64,000 bases of DNA, taken from NCBI GenBank assembly GCA_009914755.4, contig CP086569.2:14528001-14592000 (forward strand), given 5' to 3'. Origin of the DNA: the human T2T-CHM13v2.0 reference genome, Homo sapiens. The translations under genes were made by a program, and so were the position numbers. Each line of letters opens with the position of its first letter. Within the stretch, counting starts at the first letter, position 1. Shown here one piece after another: positions 46,688-64,000 of this stretch. The notes beneath the pieces were generated by a model. That model made no database searches. It was not told where the DNA came from and saw only the letters and a program-made list of their open reading frames with translations.

Positions 46688-48004
46688 TATTTTTCTCTAT
46701 ATCCATTTAGTTTTATTTATATATATTTTTAATTTTAGAGTGACTTTTAAGGAGCCTCTGAACTATAAAAATGACATTTTCTTCAGCAAAAAAACACTTA
46801 TGTTTTATAACTTTACTAAATCCACATCTAGCTGTCCTACTATTCTAATTCTTAGTAACCCAGATTCCCAGTGGAAAACCTATGATTACTTATTTTAAAT
46901 ATAAAATGACTTTAAAGATGTAAATTACTAGAGATAATAAAGATTGAATTTACCAAATTAATCTTACCAGAGATTACCAAAGTCAAGTAAACTAAAAGAC
47001 ATTAATCAAGATAATGTTTATCCATCTGATAAACATTCACATTATTTAAACCAATTAATTAGAGCTTTTTCTATAGTTTGGTAGTGAAATATTAAACATA
47101 ACATATATACACATGTAGATAAAATAGACATATAGATAGAGGCAAATTGTATAAGATTTTTTATTTGCCTATTTTTAAAAATCTTTTTTACTTCAGACTG
47201 TTATTGTTACAAAATATTACAGGAGTAAACACAAGATGAAGGAGAAAACTTACTATCCTAGGCCTTCTCAAATGAGAGAAAAAGCTGAAGAAGCAGGGCA
47301 CAGAAGTCAAACTTCTCAGATATTGATACAGGAGCTAAAAAAATTATTTGGGCAGATACTAGGGTAACAGAGTCTTCAGCAACATTTCCCTTTTAACAAA
47401 AATTGACCCCCAAATCATTCATTTTCTAACAAAGAGCATCCTGAAGAGTAAAGCTGAAGATGTAGTTAAGCAAGCTGGACGACGGCACATAGGAATACCA
47501 GCAGCTGTGCCAATAGAAAAGGGCTATCTGAAAGTCAGGTATGTTCAACATGTGTACAGTAAAAAAGTAGATAACAAGGCAGAGAACTAACCTGCATAAT
47601 AAAAGATTAGGATTGGGCTGGCCAGCTTCCTCACATGTTATGCAAATTGTGTACATGGTTCAACCAATCTTTCACACCTTATGTCTGACAACTCCTTAAG
47701 ATAGTCTATAAAACCTTGTGAATTTCACCACAGAACTGGAAACTCATTTTATCTGGGACCCTTCTCTCTGCAGCAGAGAGAAATTTTCTCTTTCTTTTGA
47801 CTATGAAAACTTCAGCTCTGAACCTCACCCTGATGTGCCCATGTTTTAGTTTCCCATGGCTATGAGACAACAAATCTCAGGTATTACCCCAGATGAATGA
47901 CACTGCCTCAATAACAAACTGAAAAATTTCAAAAAGAAACAGATTATACAATTAAAAAATTAAAAGCTTCTTTCCTTAACAGATCAAATACTTCTGGCCA
48001 AGCA

Positions 48005-48200
48005 CAGTGGCTCACCCCTGTAATGCTAGCACTTTGGGAAGCCAAGGCAGCTGGACTACCTGAGCTCAGCCATTTTACACCAGCTAGGAAAAGATGGCCA
48101 AAGCCTTTCTCTACCAGCCTGAGAGGCAGAGGTTGTAGTGAGCCAAGATCACAGAAACAGTGAAACTCTGTTCCAGAAAACAAGCAAACAAACAAATAAG
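48005..48200 (+). mobile_element. Old, degraded Alu (left arm clear, right arm heavily mutated) with a (CAAA)n-like tail
   Basis: GGCCAAGCACAGTGGCTCACCCCTGTAATGCTAGCACTTTGGGAAGCCAAGGCAGCTGGACTACCTGAGCTCAG... GGTTGTAGTGAGCCAAGATCACAG...CAAGCAAACAAACAAATAAGTAAACAAAAA. Confidence 0.6.
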
Positions 48201-48982
48201 TAAACAAAAAGGTGTCAAATATTTTTAACAAAACCTTGTTCTAACCAATTATTTTTTTTGTATTGTGTATTTTTAAAATCAGTCATTTTTAGATTATTAA
48301 TCTTTGTATTTAATTATAGCTATCTTAATCATGTAACTTTTTTATAAATTCAATTTTTAATAACGTTTTATGACTTACGCAAACCATTCACAATATGCCT
48401 GGACTTTTGGGTTTGTCCTGAACATCTCTCTTTGAAAACCAGTCATTTTATTTTAGTGCAAAAATTTGCCATTAAAGACTCTTTTTTATTAAAATTATTT
48501 TTCTTTTAATCTTTCTTACCAAAAATACCTCCCCATATCTATAGCTTTATTTCTATTTTATTTCCTTGTTACTTTTACTTCATTTTGTACATAACCTTAG
48601 AATTGGACACAATTATTTACCTTTAATAAGAACATATTTTTAGCAATATTTTTCTATAATTTTTAATTGAAAATTACCCAGATATTTAGTTAAATATCTG
48701 CTATTTAACATTACTTCAGGTTCTAAATTATGATGTTTACAAACATTTATTCCATGACATTTACCTAATTATTTTATTTTAATAGTTTATTTAGATTATG
48801 ACAACTATGATAGTCATCAATTGAACGTTATTTCTTTGTCAACCATTTTTATAGCCTGTTAATTTCAGGTGTTTACTTAAGTAAAATATGTGGTTATTTT
48901 TACCAATACCTCAAGATTTAGCTTTTTAGCTTTTTCCACTAACTAACAATATTAAATGTTTTATCAAAAATTACACAAGCCA

Positions 48983-49103
48983 CCAGGCCTGGCAGCTAAT
49001 GCCTGTAATCTAAGAACTATGGGAGGCAGAGGTTGCAGTGAGCCAAGAGTGCACCACAGCTTTCCAGTTTGGGCAACAAAATGAGACTCTGTCTCAAAAC
49101 AAA
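48983..49103 (+). mobile_element. Alu-monomer-like SINE fragment (about 120 bp) with a 16-bp TSD CAAAAATTACACAAGC
   Basis: ...ATCAAAAATTACACAAGC|CACCAGGCCTGGCAGCTAATGCCTGTAATCTAAGAACTATGGGAGGCAGAGGTTGCAGTGAGCCAAGAGTGCACCACAGCTTTCCAGTTTGGGCAACAAAATGAGACTCTGTCTCAAAACAAAACAAAA|CAAAAATTACACAAGC AAAG. Confidence 0.75.
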
Positions 49104-52100
49104 ACAAAACAAAAATTACACAAGCAAAGACTGTTCTGTTTTTGACTGGGTTTATAGTTTTATAACCCATTGCCAAATTTATACACCATATAATATTTGA
49201 CAAGAATAGGCATAAAATCACTTGATTAAAAAATGCAAAAAATGCTGACAATTCTTAAGACATTTCTATTATTACTTCACCAATAATTTTAAAGCCAGCT
49301 ATTTATCAGAATTTTCTGAAGTCATATGCACTTAGATGTGTTTGGGCTTATTATTTACTAAATGTATGAGTACTCCTTAACTCAAGCCAATTTGGTAACT
49401 TGTGGCCACTAAGAACCTAACAGAATACATGTATGTACATGTAAACACGCATGAATATCCATAGAAATTCATAGAAAAATCCTACAGCTTTTATTTCAGA
49501 ACTCTCACCATGAGATACCACAAACTTATCAGTTACAAAAAAAGTTTAAAACAAATGGTGGGTTTTTGCTTTTATCTCAACACTGGTGGAAAAGCAACAG
49601 CAGACTTAACCAGAAGAGAAAGTGGAGAGATAGACACAGAACTTAGAAACTTTCTAGTGGCAGGTTGATCTTCAGGCTCTGAATTTTCCTTGATGTAGTT
49701 TGTCCATCAGTTTAAAATGTGCACAAGAGCAGACCTAATGTGTAAGCAGCTGGAGTGCCAGAAACCCTGGAAGGTCCTCCCATTTACATCACCATTTGAA
49801 GGTACAGGTGCCATAAAACCAAAGGGGGTGCCTGAAAGTGAGTCATTCTCCTGGTCTTTTCTCATTCTTAGATAATTTGTTTTCCAGTTTTTTTCTTAAA
49901 AAGAAGAACTGAGCTGTGTTGTAGGGCTTAGTGTGATGGGTCAAAGTTTGCTGGTTGTGGGTGTGACTCAATAGTGTGTAATGACTGAATCATTTTCACC
50001 CTCTTACATATCTCAGTTTATCTATCCAGAGTTCTAGCACCTTCGAGACAGTCCAAAGCGTATAATGATCAGCTCCTCTCTGTGCCTCCTGGATGAGCCT
50101 TTTTAAACTAAGTTGATGATAGTTCCCTGTAGGGCCACTGCATATCACTGGGGTTCAACCCCACAGACACTCCTTCAATACCTTCAGTCACCAAGGGGCA
50201 ACTTACAGCTGGGAGGAGCAAATGCCCTTGCTCTTCAGAGCTGAGGAAACTCAGTCTCTCATTTACCTGTGAAAACAATAGTTCAGCCCCTCACACAAAT
50301 GTGCACACACGTCAAATTGAGATGAATTTTGGAAGGAAAGGCAATAGAGAAGACTCTTCAGAATGCTTTTCTGAGCTAGAATTAGGATTCTAAACAATAA
50401 CTTCCTAAGAGGGGGAAAAAAGTCTTCGACCACTTTCTGTAAACTCTCCTCAGTCACTCCTAACTTTATAGCTCTTATCTGCCATTACACATGCCAAGGT
50501 CAAATCCTCTCACAGTACAAGATAATCTCTAGCCAAAGAGGCCAGGCAATGTAATACAAGAAAGCAGAGCTTTAGACTTAAGAAGAATCTCCCATGACTC
50601 TTGAAACTTCACCAACATCACCCCAAAAAGAGATAAGTGGAGTTTTGTTCAGAGTTCTTTAAGGTGTTTGAGGCACTAGAAACCTTCTCTAAATTTCTCA
50701 TTTCTCTTAGTATCAAAGATGGCAAAAAGGAAAGGAAGGGAGGAATGAGGTGAAAGAAAAGTAAACAAGAAAGCAGTTCTTTTTTAAGACAAGAAGCAAA
50801 CACGGAGGGTCCAACAGCCTCCCTGTCTGTCAGCTCACCATCACTGGGGCTTGTCAAGGCTGTAAACATCTGAGGGGTTTCTATCCTTGCTGCTGTTTTC
50901 TGGTGATCTCAATTAAAATCAAGATGCAGCATATCCCTCTCAAAACCCTTCAGTTGATACAGTGGCAGATCATGGTGGACAAGAGACAGGACTATATTAA
51001 AGCTCCCTCTCTGGCAGACACAGCAGTGTGTGGAGGGTCACATCATGAATTTTTGCTCCAGAATGACTACAGAAATAATTCAGGAAACCTGGGAGGATCC
51101 ACAGACCCTCTGAAGGAAGTTGATTTCTCCCACAGGACCTGGGAGACACTGAAAATACTGTTTAGTGCCCAAACTCTGGAAGTGAGAAAGTGATACTATC
51201 CACTCCCAAACACACATCCCCACTGGAAAAACTGAAGGTCTAGATACAAGAGAAGATTCTGACCTTACCTGGAACTGAGTCAATTTAGAGGGTAAAGCAA
51301 AATACAGGGGTAAAGGAAGCAGTCAGAAAAGCCCTGTGAACTCAATGAGCCCCCTAACAAACCATTTCTGCCTGCCCTCACAGGAGTCCTTTGAGGGGAT
51401 GGCCAGAGGCACTGCGAAAAGGACACAGGGAGAAAAAAATGTCCAGTTGAACTGTGTAGCAATTTAAATTGACCCAGAAATCTCCTGGCCAGAACTCAGA
51501 GGAGGATGTGAATCTTGTATGCAGACTCCACAGACAGGGGATGAAGGAAAGCAATAATTACTTTCAGAGCTGGGAGGTGGGTAGCCTCAGACAAGTTCTC
51601 AGCCCTACTTGCCCACTGCCTGGAAACAGTCTTGGTGATAATGGGGAAGGCATGGTGGGAGTGAGAGTGGCCCTTTAGATTGCATGGGAGCTGGGTGAGG
51701 CCTGTGACTGCCACCTTTCCCTGACTTTCTTGACAACCTGCATGACAAAGTAGAGACAGCCATGATCCTCCCAGAAATATAACTCCATTCACCTGGGAAC
51801 TTCATCCCCATCCCACACCACAACAGCAGAAAGACCCATCCAAGGAGAATCTGAGCTCAGACACATCTAGCCCTGCCCCCACCCAGTGGTCCTTCTTTAC
51901 TCACCCTGGTAATAGAGGACAAAGGGCATATACTTTAAATGTCTAGGGCTCCACACACCACCTATTCCTCCCCATACTACCACAGCTGATGCTCTCTGGA
52001 AAGGACCACCTCCAGGCAGGAGGCCAATCAGCATAAAAATAATGCATTAAACTACCAAAGCTAAGAACCCTAAAACCCCTGCTACCTTTGCTGAAACAAG

Positions 52101-52929
52101 TGCTGGTATCCATGGCTGAGAGAACCACAGACAATTCACATCCCAGGACTCTAGGCAGACAATGCCTGGTACCAGTGAAGAGCCCAGGAGACTTGCTGGG
52201 TGGCTAGGCATAGAAGAGAGATAACAATCATTAAACTGAGCTCTCAGGAAGCCACATCCATAAGAAAAGGGGGAGAGTAGTACATCAAAGGAACACCCCA
52301 TGGTGCCAAGACCAGCTCAGTCAGGGAGACCCTAACCCACTGGCACTAGAGGAACAAAAGACACACACACAGAAATACACAAGTGTAGAGTGGGAAATCA
52401 GGGGTCTCAGCCTTTAGAGCTGAGAGCCTTGAACAGAGATTTACCCACATATTTGTTGACAGCAAGCCAGTGATAACCATTGTTTCTACAGATTATAGAT
52501 TAACTAAAGGTATTTCTTTTGGGAAATAAAGGGATGGGCCGAAGTAAAGGGATGAGTTTGGCTAGTTATCTGCAGCAGGAACATGTCCTTAAGGCACAGA
52601 TGGCTCATGCTATTGTTTTTGGTTTAAGAATGCCTTTAAGTGATTTTCCACCCTGGGCAGGCCAGTTGTTCCTTGCCCTTATTCCAGTAAGCCCACAACC
52701 TTCCAGCGTGGGCATCATGGCCATCACGAACATATCACAGTGCTGCAGAGATTTTTTTTTTTATGGCCAGTTTTGTGGCCAATTTATGGCCAGATTTGGG
52801 GGCCTATTCTCAACACCATGGGACAGAAGAATCTGAATAACAGCTTTCAGCCCTAGACTCTCTCTGACTGAGCTTACCCAGATAAGAATGAATGAGAAAA
52901 CAAACTCTGATAATATGACAAAACAAGGT

Positions 52930-55900
52930 TATTTAGCACCCCCAAAAATTACAGTAGCTCACTAGCAATGGATCCAAGCCAATAATAAATTCCTGATTTA
53001 CCTGAAAATGAATTCAAGAGGTTAGTTATAAAATTAATCAGGGAGCCACCAGAAGACAAACCCCAATGTAAAGATATAGAAAAATACAAGAAACGAAAGG
53101 AGAAATATTCAATGAAATAGATAGCATAAATTTTAAAAAATAAAAACTTCAAGAAACAACAGATAAACTTATAGAAATGTAAAATGCTTTGGAAAGTCTC
53201 AGTAATAGAATCAAACAAGTAGAAGAAACAAATTTAGAGCTTGAAGACAAGGTATTTGAATTAACCCAATCCAACAAAGACAAAGAAAAAAGAATAAGAC
53301 AATATGAACAAAACTTCCAAGAAGTGTGGGATTATGTTAAATGACTAAACTTAAGAATAACTGGCATTTCTGAGGAAGAAATCTGAAAGTTTGGAAAATA
53401 CATTTGGGGGAATAATTGAGGAAAACTTCCCCAACCTTGTTAGAGACCTAGACATCCAAATACAAGATGAACAAAGAACACTCAGGAAATTCATCACAAT
53501 AAGATCATCAGCCAGACATATTGTTATCAGGTTATCTAAAGTTAAGATGAAGGAAATAATCTAAAGGGCTGTGATATTAAAGCATCACATAACATGTAAA
53601 TGAAAACCTATCAGATTAACAGCAGATTTCTCAGCAGAAACCCTGCAAGCCAGAAGGGATGAGGTCTTATCATCAGCTTTCTTAAACAAAGCAATTAGGA
53701 GTGAAGAATTTTATATGCAGAAAAATTAAACTTCATAAATGAAAGGAAAGGTACAGTGTTTTTCAGATAAACAAATGCTGAGAGAATTCACCACTACCAA
53801 CCCAGCACTATTAAGAACTGCTAAAGGAGGTCTAAATCTCATAACAAATCCTGAAAACACATCAAAACAGGACCTCTTTAAAGCATAAGTCTCACAGGTC
53901 ATATAAAACAAAAATACAATTTAAAAACAATAACAAAAAAGGGGTACCATCAAAAAATAGCACAATGAATGAAATGGTACTGTTGCAGGAATTAAGGGAT
54001 AGGAAAGACCAATGGGTGAAATAGGATTAAAAAAAGCCTAGACCACTTTCTGTAAACTGGAGGATTTATTTAGGTGCACTGGCCCAGTGGATTAACATCC
54101 AGAAGCTGAGCCTCAAACAGAGACAGGGCTTAACTTTTATACATGCAACTGAAGGGGGTTGTTGAACCAGTGGCAGGAAACTTGCAGGCAGTGTGGGCAA
54201 GCAAGCTTACAGAAGCAGAACAAACGCAGTTCATCGAACAGTGACAGGTGCTGCAACTTAGTCATGTCTCATGACCTTCACCATACTGCAGGTGGGAAAA
54301 CAGGAACTTACAAAATCCTTGCAAACTTGCAGAAGTAATTACAAAAATAGTTATGAGAGCAGAACAAAGAATAATGGTATGGGGAGGGATTTCAAAGAGG
54401 GGATACTGATAAGAAAAACTTGTTTTTCTCATCCCTGCTCCTGAAGGCCATTCTTTCTGGGCCTCAGCTCTGCTGATAGTGCTGTCAGAATCCTGCTACA
54501 GTCTTGTTTATCACTGGGCCTTAGAGAGTGAGTTAGCCTAGTATAGAATACTTGTTTTGTTTTGTTTTCTTCTTTTTTACATCTCCTGCTTCAGTATCTC
54601 AATACTATCTCAATACTATCTCAATAGTAACATTAAATGTAAATGGCCTAAATGCTCCAATTTAAAGATACAGAATGGCAGAATGAAGAATTCACTAACC
54701 AACTATCTGCTGCCCTCAAGAGACTCACTTAATACATAATGACTCATAAAAACTTAAGGTAAATGGGTGGAAAAAGACATTTTATGCAAATGGACACCAA
54801 AAGTGAACAGAAGTAGCTATTTTTATATCAGACAAAAAATCTTTACAGCAACAGCAGTGTAAAAAGACAAAGAGGGACATTATATAATAATAAAATCTTT
54901 GTCCTAAAGGAAAATATCACAATCCTAAACATATATGCAGCTAACACTGCAGCTTCCAAATTTGTAAAGCAGTTCCTAATAGACCTAAGAAAAGAGATAG
55001 ACAGCAACACATTAATAGTGGGGGACTTCAATACACCACTGACAGCACTGGCCAGGTCATCAAGAGAGAAGGTTAACAAAGAAACAATGGATTTACACTA
55101 TACCCTGAAACAAATGGACTTAAAAGATATATACAGAACATTCCATTCAACAACTGCAGAATATACATTCTATTCAGCATTGCATGGAACATTCTCCAAG
55201 ATAGACCATATGAGAGGCCACAAAATTGGTCTCAATAAATTTAAGAAAAGTAAAATTATATCAAGCACACTCTCAGAGCACAGTGGAACAAAACTGGAAA
55301 TCAACTCCAAAAGGACCTTCAAAATCATGCAAATACATGGAAATTAAATAGCCTGTTCCTGAATAATCATTGGGTCAAGAATAAAATCAAGATAGAAACT
55401 AAAAAATTTTTGAACTGATCGACACATTGACACAATCTATCAAAACCTCTAGGATACAGCAAAGGTGGTGCTAAGAAAAAATTCATAGCTCTAAATGCCT
55501 ACATCAAAATGTTTAAGGTCAAACCTCAAGGAACTAGAGAAACAACAGCAAACCAAACCCAAACCGAGCAGAAGAAAGGAAATAACTAAGATCAGAGCAG
55601 AACTAAATGAAACTCAAACAAGTGAACAAACAAATAAACAAAAAATAAATAAAACAAAAAGCTGGTTCTTTGATAGACCATTAGCAAGATTAACAAAGAA
55701 AGAAGAATAGAGAAAATCTAAATAAACTCAGTAAGAAATGATACAGGAGATATTACAACTGACACCACAGAAATTCAAAGGATTATTGAAGGCTACCATG
55801 AACACCTTTATGTGCATAAACTAGAAAACCTAGAAGAGACGGATAAATTCCTAAAAAGATACAACCCATCTAGATTAAATCAGGAAGAATTTGATACCTG

Positions 55901-58760
55901 AACATACGAATGACAAATAGTGAGATTTAAATGATAATTTTAAAATTACCAAAACGAAAAATCCAGAACCAGCTGGAATCACAGCAGAATGCTACCACAC
56001 ATTCAAAGAATAATTGGTATCAATCTTATCGACACTATTCCACAAGATAAAGAGGAAACCCTACCTAAATCACTCAATGAATTCAGTATTACCCAAATAC
56101 CAAACCCAGAAAAGTGCATAACCACAAAGAAAACTAGTATCGTTAATGAACCAATATGCATAATAAACATAGGGATAAAGAAGACCAATATCACTAATGA
56201 ATATAGATGCTAAATTTCTTAATAAAATACTAGCTAACCAAATCCAACAATGTATTAAAAAAATCCACCACAATCAAGTGGGTTTCATACCAGTGATGCA
56301 GAGATAGTTTAATGTATGCAAGTCAATAAATGTGATACAACACATAAGCAGAATTAAAATAAAAAAATCACATGATTTTCTCAATAAAGGCAGATAAATC
56401 ATTCCACAAAACTCAGCATCCCTTTATGCTTATAACCCTCAGCAAAATCTCCATACAAGGGACACACCTCAATGTAATAAGAGCCATCTATGATAAACCC
56501 ACAGCCAACGTAATACTGAATGGGGAAAAATTAAAAGCATTCCCTCTGAGAACCGGCATGAGACAAGGATGTCCACTGTCCCCACTCCTCTTCAATGTAG
56601 TACTGGAAGTCCTTGCCAGAGCAATCAGACAAGAGAAAGTAATACAAGGCATGTAAATTGATAAAGAGGAAGTGAAACTGTCACTGTTTGCTGATGATGT
56701 GGTTATTTACCTAGAACACCCTAAAGACTCCTCCAGAAGGTTCCTAGAACTGATAAAAGAATTCAGCAAAATTTCCAAATACAAAACTAATGTACAAAAA
56801 CCACCAGGTCTTCTATGCACCAACAGGAACCAAAATGAGAGTCAAGTCAATAACTCAACCCCTTTTACAATAGCTAGAAAAATAAAATACTTCAGAATAT
56901 ACTTTACCAAGGAGTTGAAAGACCTCTATAAGGGAATCTACAAAACACTACTGAAAAAAATTATAGACAACACAAACAAATGGAAATGTATCCCATGTTC
57001 ATGGATGGGTAGAACCAATACTGTGAAAATAATTATACTGCCTAAAGCAATCTACAAATTCAATGCAATTCCCATCAAAGTACCACCATCATTCATCACA
57101 GAGCTAGAGAAAATAATTCTAAAATCCATATAGAATCAAAAAAGAGCTCACATATCCAAAGCAAGTCTAAGCAAAATAACAAATCTGAAGGCATCACATT
57201 ATCTGATTTCAAACTATACAATAAGGCCATAGTCACCAGAACAGCATGGCACTGGTATAAAAATAGGCACAAAAACCAATGGAAAAAAATACAGAACCCA
57301 GAAATAAACCCAAATGCTTACAGCCAACTGATTTTCTACAAAGCAAGCAAAAACATAAAGTGCAAAAAAGACACCCTTTTAAACAAATGGTGCTGGGATA
57401 ATTGGCTAGACACGTGTAGGAGAATAAAACTGGATCCTCATCTCTTACCTTACACAAAAGTCACTCAAGATGGATTAGGGACTTAAATCTATCATCCAAA
57501 ACTATAAAAAATGTAGGCAATAACATTGTAAAAGCTCTCTAGACATTGGCTTTAGCAAGGATTTCATAACCAAAACCCCACAAGCAAATGCAATTAAAAA
57601 AAGATAAATAGCTGGGACTTAATGAAACTAAAGAACTTTCACACAACAAAAGGAACAGTCAGCAGAGCACACAGACAACTGTGTTGGAGAAACAGACAAC
57701 AGAGTGGGAGAAAATCTTCACAATCTATACATCTAACAAAGAACTAATATCCAGGATCTACCATGAACTCAAACAAATTAGCAAAAAAAACCAATTCCAT
57801 CAAAAAGTGGGCTAAGGACATGAATAGATAATTCTCAAAAGAAAAATATACAAATGGTCAATAACTGCATAAAAAATGCTCAACATCACTAATATTCAGG
57901 GAAATACAAATTAAAATCACAAGGTGATACCACCAAACTCCTGAAAGAATGGCCATAATAAAAAAATAAAAAGAAACAGTTTATCTTGGCATGAATGCAG
58001 TGAACAGGGAACACTTCTATACTGCTGGTGAATATGTAAACTAGCACAAACAGTATGAAAAACAGTGTGGATATTCCTTAAAGAAGTAAAGGTAGAACTG
58101 CCATTTGATCCAGCAATCCCGCTACTGGGTATCTACCCAGATGAAAATAAGTCATTATACAAAAAAGATACTTGGGCATGCATGTTTGTAGCAGTGCAAT
58201 TGGCAATTGCAAAAATGTGGAACAAAACCGAATGCACATCAATCAATGAGAGGATAAAGAAACTGTGATATATATATATACACACACACACATATAAAAA
58301 TATATACATATATAATACATACAAAATATACATATACATATATACACATATGTATATATACATATATACACACGTATATATGTGTATATATATATACTCA
58401 TATATATATATATGAATACTACTTATCCATAAAAAAGAATGAATAAATGGCAACCTGGTTGAGATTGGAATTTGTTATTCTAAGTAAAGTAACTCAGGAA
58501 TGGAAAACCAAACATCATATATTCCCATTCCTAAATGGGAGCTAAGCTATGAGGATACAAAGGTGTAAGAATGACACGGTGGACTTTCAGGACTCAGGGG
58601 AAAATAATAGGAAGCAGGTAAGTGATAAAGGACTAAACATAGGGACAGTGTATACTGCTCAGGTGATGGGTGCATCAAAATCTCACCAATCACCACTAAA
58701 GAACTTACTCATGTAACCAAACATCACCTGTTCCCAAATAATGCATGGAAATAAGAAAAA
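52930..58760 (+). mobile_element. Older LINE-1 (L1PB/L1MA-like) on the plus strand: ORF1 remnant about 52960-53930, foreign insertion about 53940-54595, ORF2 remnant about 54600-58270, 3'UTR with (TA)n/(CA)n about 58267-58414 and tail to about 58760
   Basis: ORF1: ...NFQEVWDYVK.LNLRITGISEEE.. NFPNLVRDLDIQIQDEQRTLRKFITIRSSARHIVIRLSKVKMKE. ORF2 ORFs: 55018..55347 (MGDFNTPLTALARSSREKVNKETMDL...YTFYSALHGTFSKIDHM, the EN domain); 56372..56656 ([73 protein letters not shown], the RT domain); 56672..57133 ([14 protein letters not shown]..., with FADD-box); 58065..58268 (ORF2 C-terminus). The 3'UTR ...AGGTGATGGGTGCATCAAAATCTCACCAATCACCACTAAAGAACTTACTCATGTAACCAAACATCACCTGTTCCCAAATAATGCATGGAAATAAGAAAAA is typical of pre-L1PA families. 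Confidence 0.85.
58267..58414. repeat. Compound (TA)n/(CA)n/(TATACA)n microsatellite in the L1 3'UTR
   Basis: TATATATATATACACACACACACATATAAAAATATATACATATATAATACATACAAAATATACATATACATATATACACATATGTATATATACATATATACACACGTATATATGTGTATATATATATACTCATATATATATATAT. Confidence 0.95.
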
Positions 58761-59133
58761 TGTTTTAAGAAACAAACACAGAAAACAAACGATTTTGTTT
58801 TGTCTTGTTTTGTTTTCCTGCTGCAAGGAATTTTAGCCACTTAAGAAGTCTTGTTCCTCGTAATTTGGAATTCTTATTCAAATTTGACAAAGTCAGGTAG
58901 CGTTGGTCCAGTCCAATAATAGAAAGACTACAACAACAACAAAAACCCAGAAATGTGATTTCTGAGCACTCTAATAATAACAAGAAATTAAGACAAGCTG
59001 GTTCTCAATTTTAAGTTTTAATCATGAAGGAGAATTTCCAAGACACAAACCCAATTTTTCTGTTACTTATCTAGTAATCAAGACTCAAGGCTGCTTTTCC
59101 CATTCTTAGAAGCAGGATAAAATACTCACACTT

Positions 59134-64000
<4,867 letters not shown>

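Overview
This window is primate, human-like nuclear DNA, not a prokaryotic locus. The evidence is multiple Alu SINEs, LINE-1 elements and HERV9/LTR12 proviruses. I could not support any host protein-coding exon, RNA gene or CRISPR array from sequence alone. The tracked ORFs are retroelement remnants (L1 ORF1/ORF2, HERV gag/pro/pol/env) or repeat artefacts.

The main structures are:
- Two degraded HERV9 (ERV9) proviruses with LTR12-type LTRs in inverted orientation: provirus A on the plus strand at about 6003-16255, and provirus B on the minus strand at about 35489-44880, separated by about 19 kb.
- A near full-length L1PA-like element on the minus strand at about 25106-31035.
- An older L1 (L1PB/L1MA-like) on the plus strand at about 52930-58760, directly followed by another L1PA-like element whose 5' end is present at 59134 and which runs past the window end.
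- At least 14 Alu copies, several nested inside other repeats and still showing target-site duplications.
- A MADE1 mariner MITE, a long (CTT)n microsatellite and several local tandem duplications.

I see no sign of a previously undescribed biological system. The notable points are structural: the inverted provirus pair, nested young insertions, and LTR12 tandem-repeat copy-number differences. All coordinates are by-eye estimates, good to about 5-30 bp for repeat boundaries.
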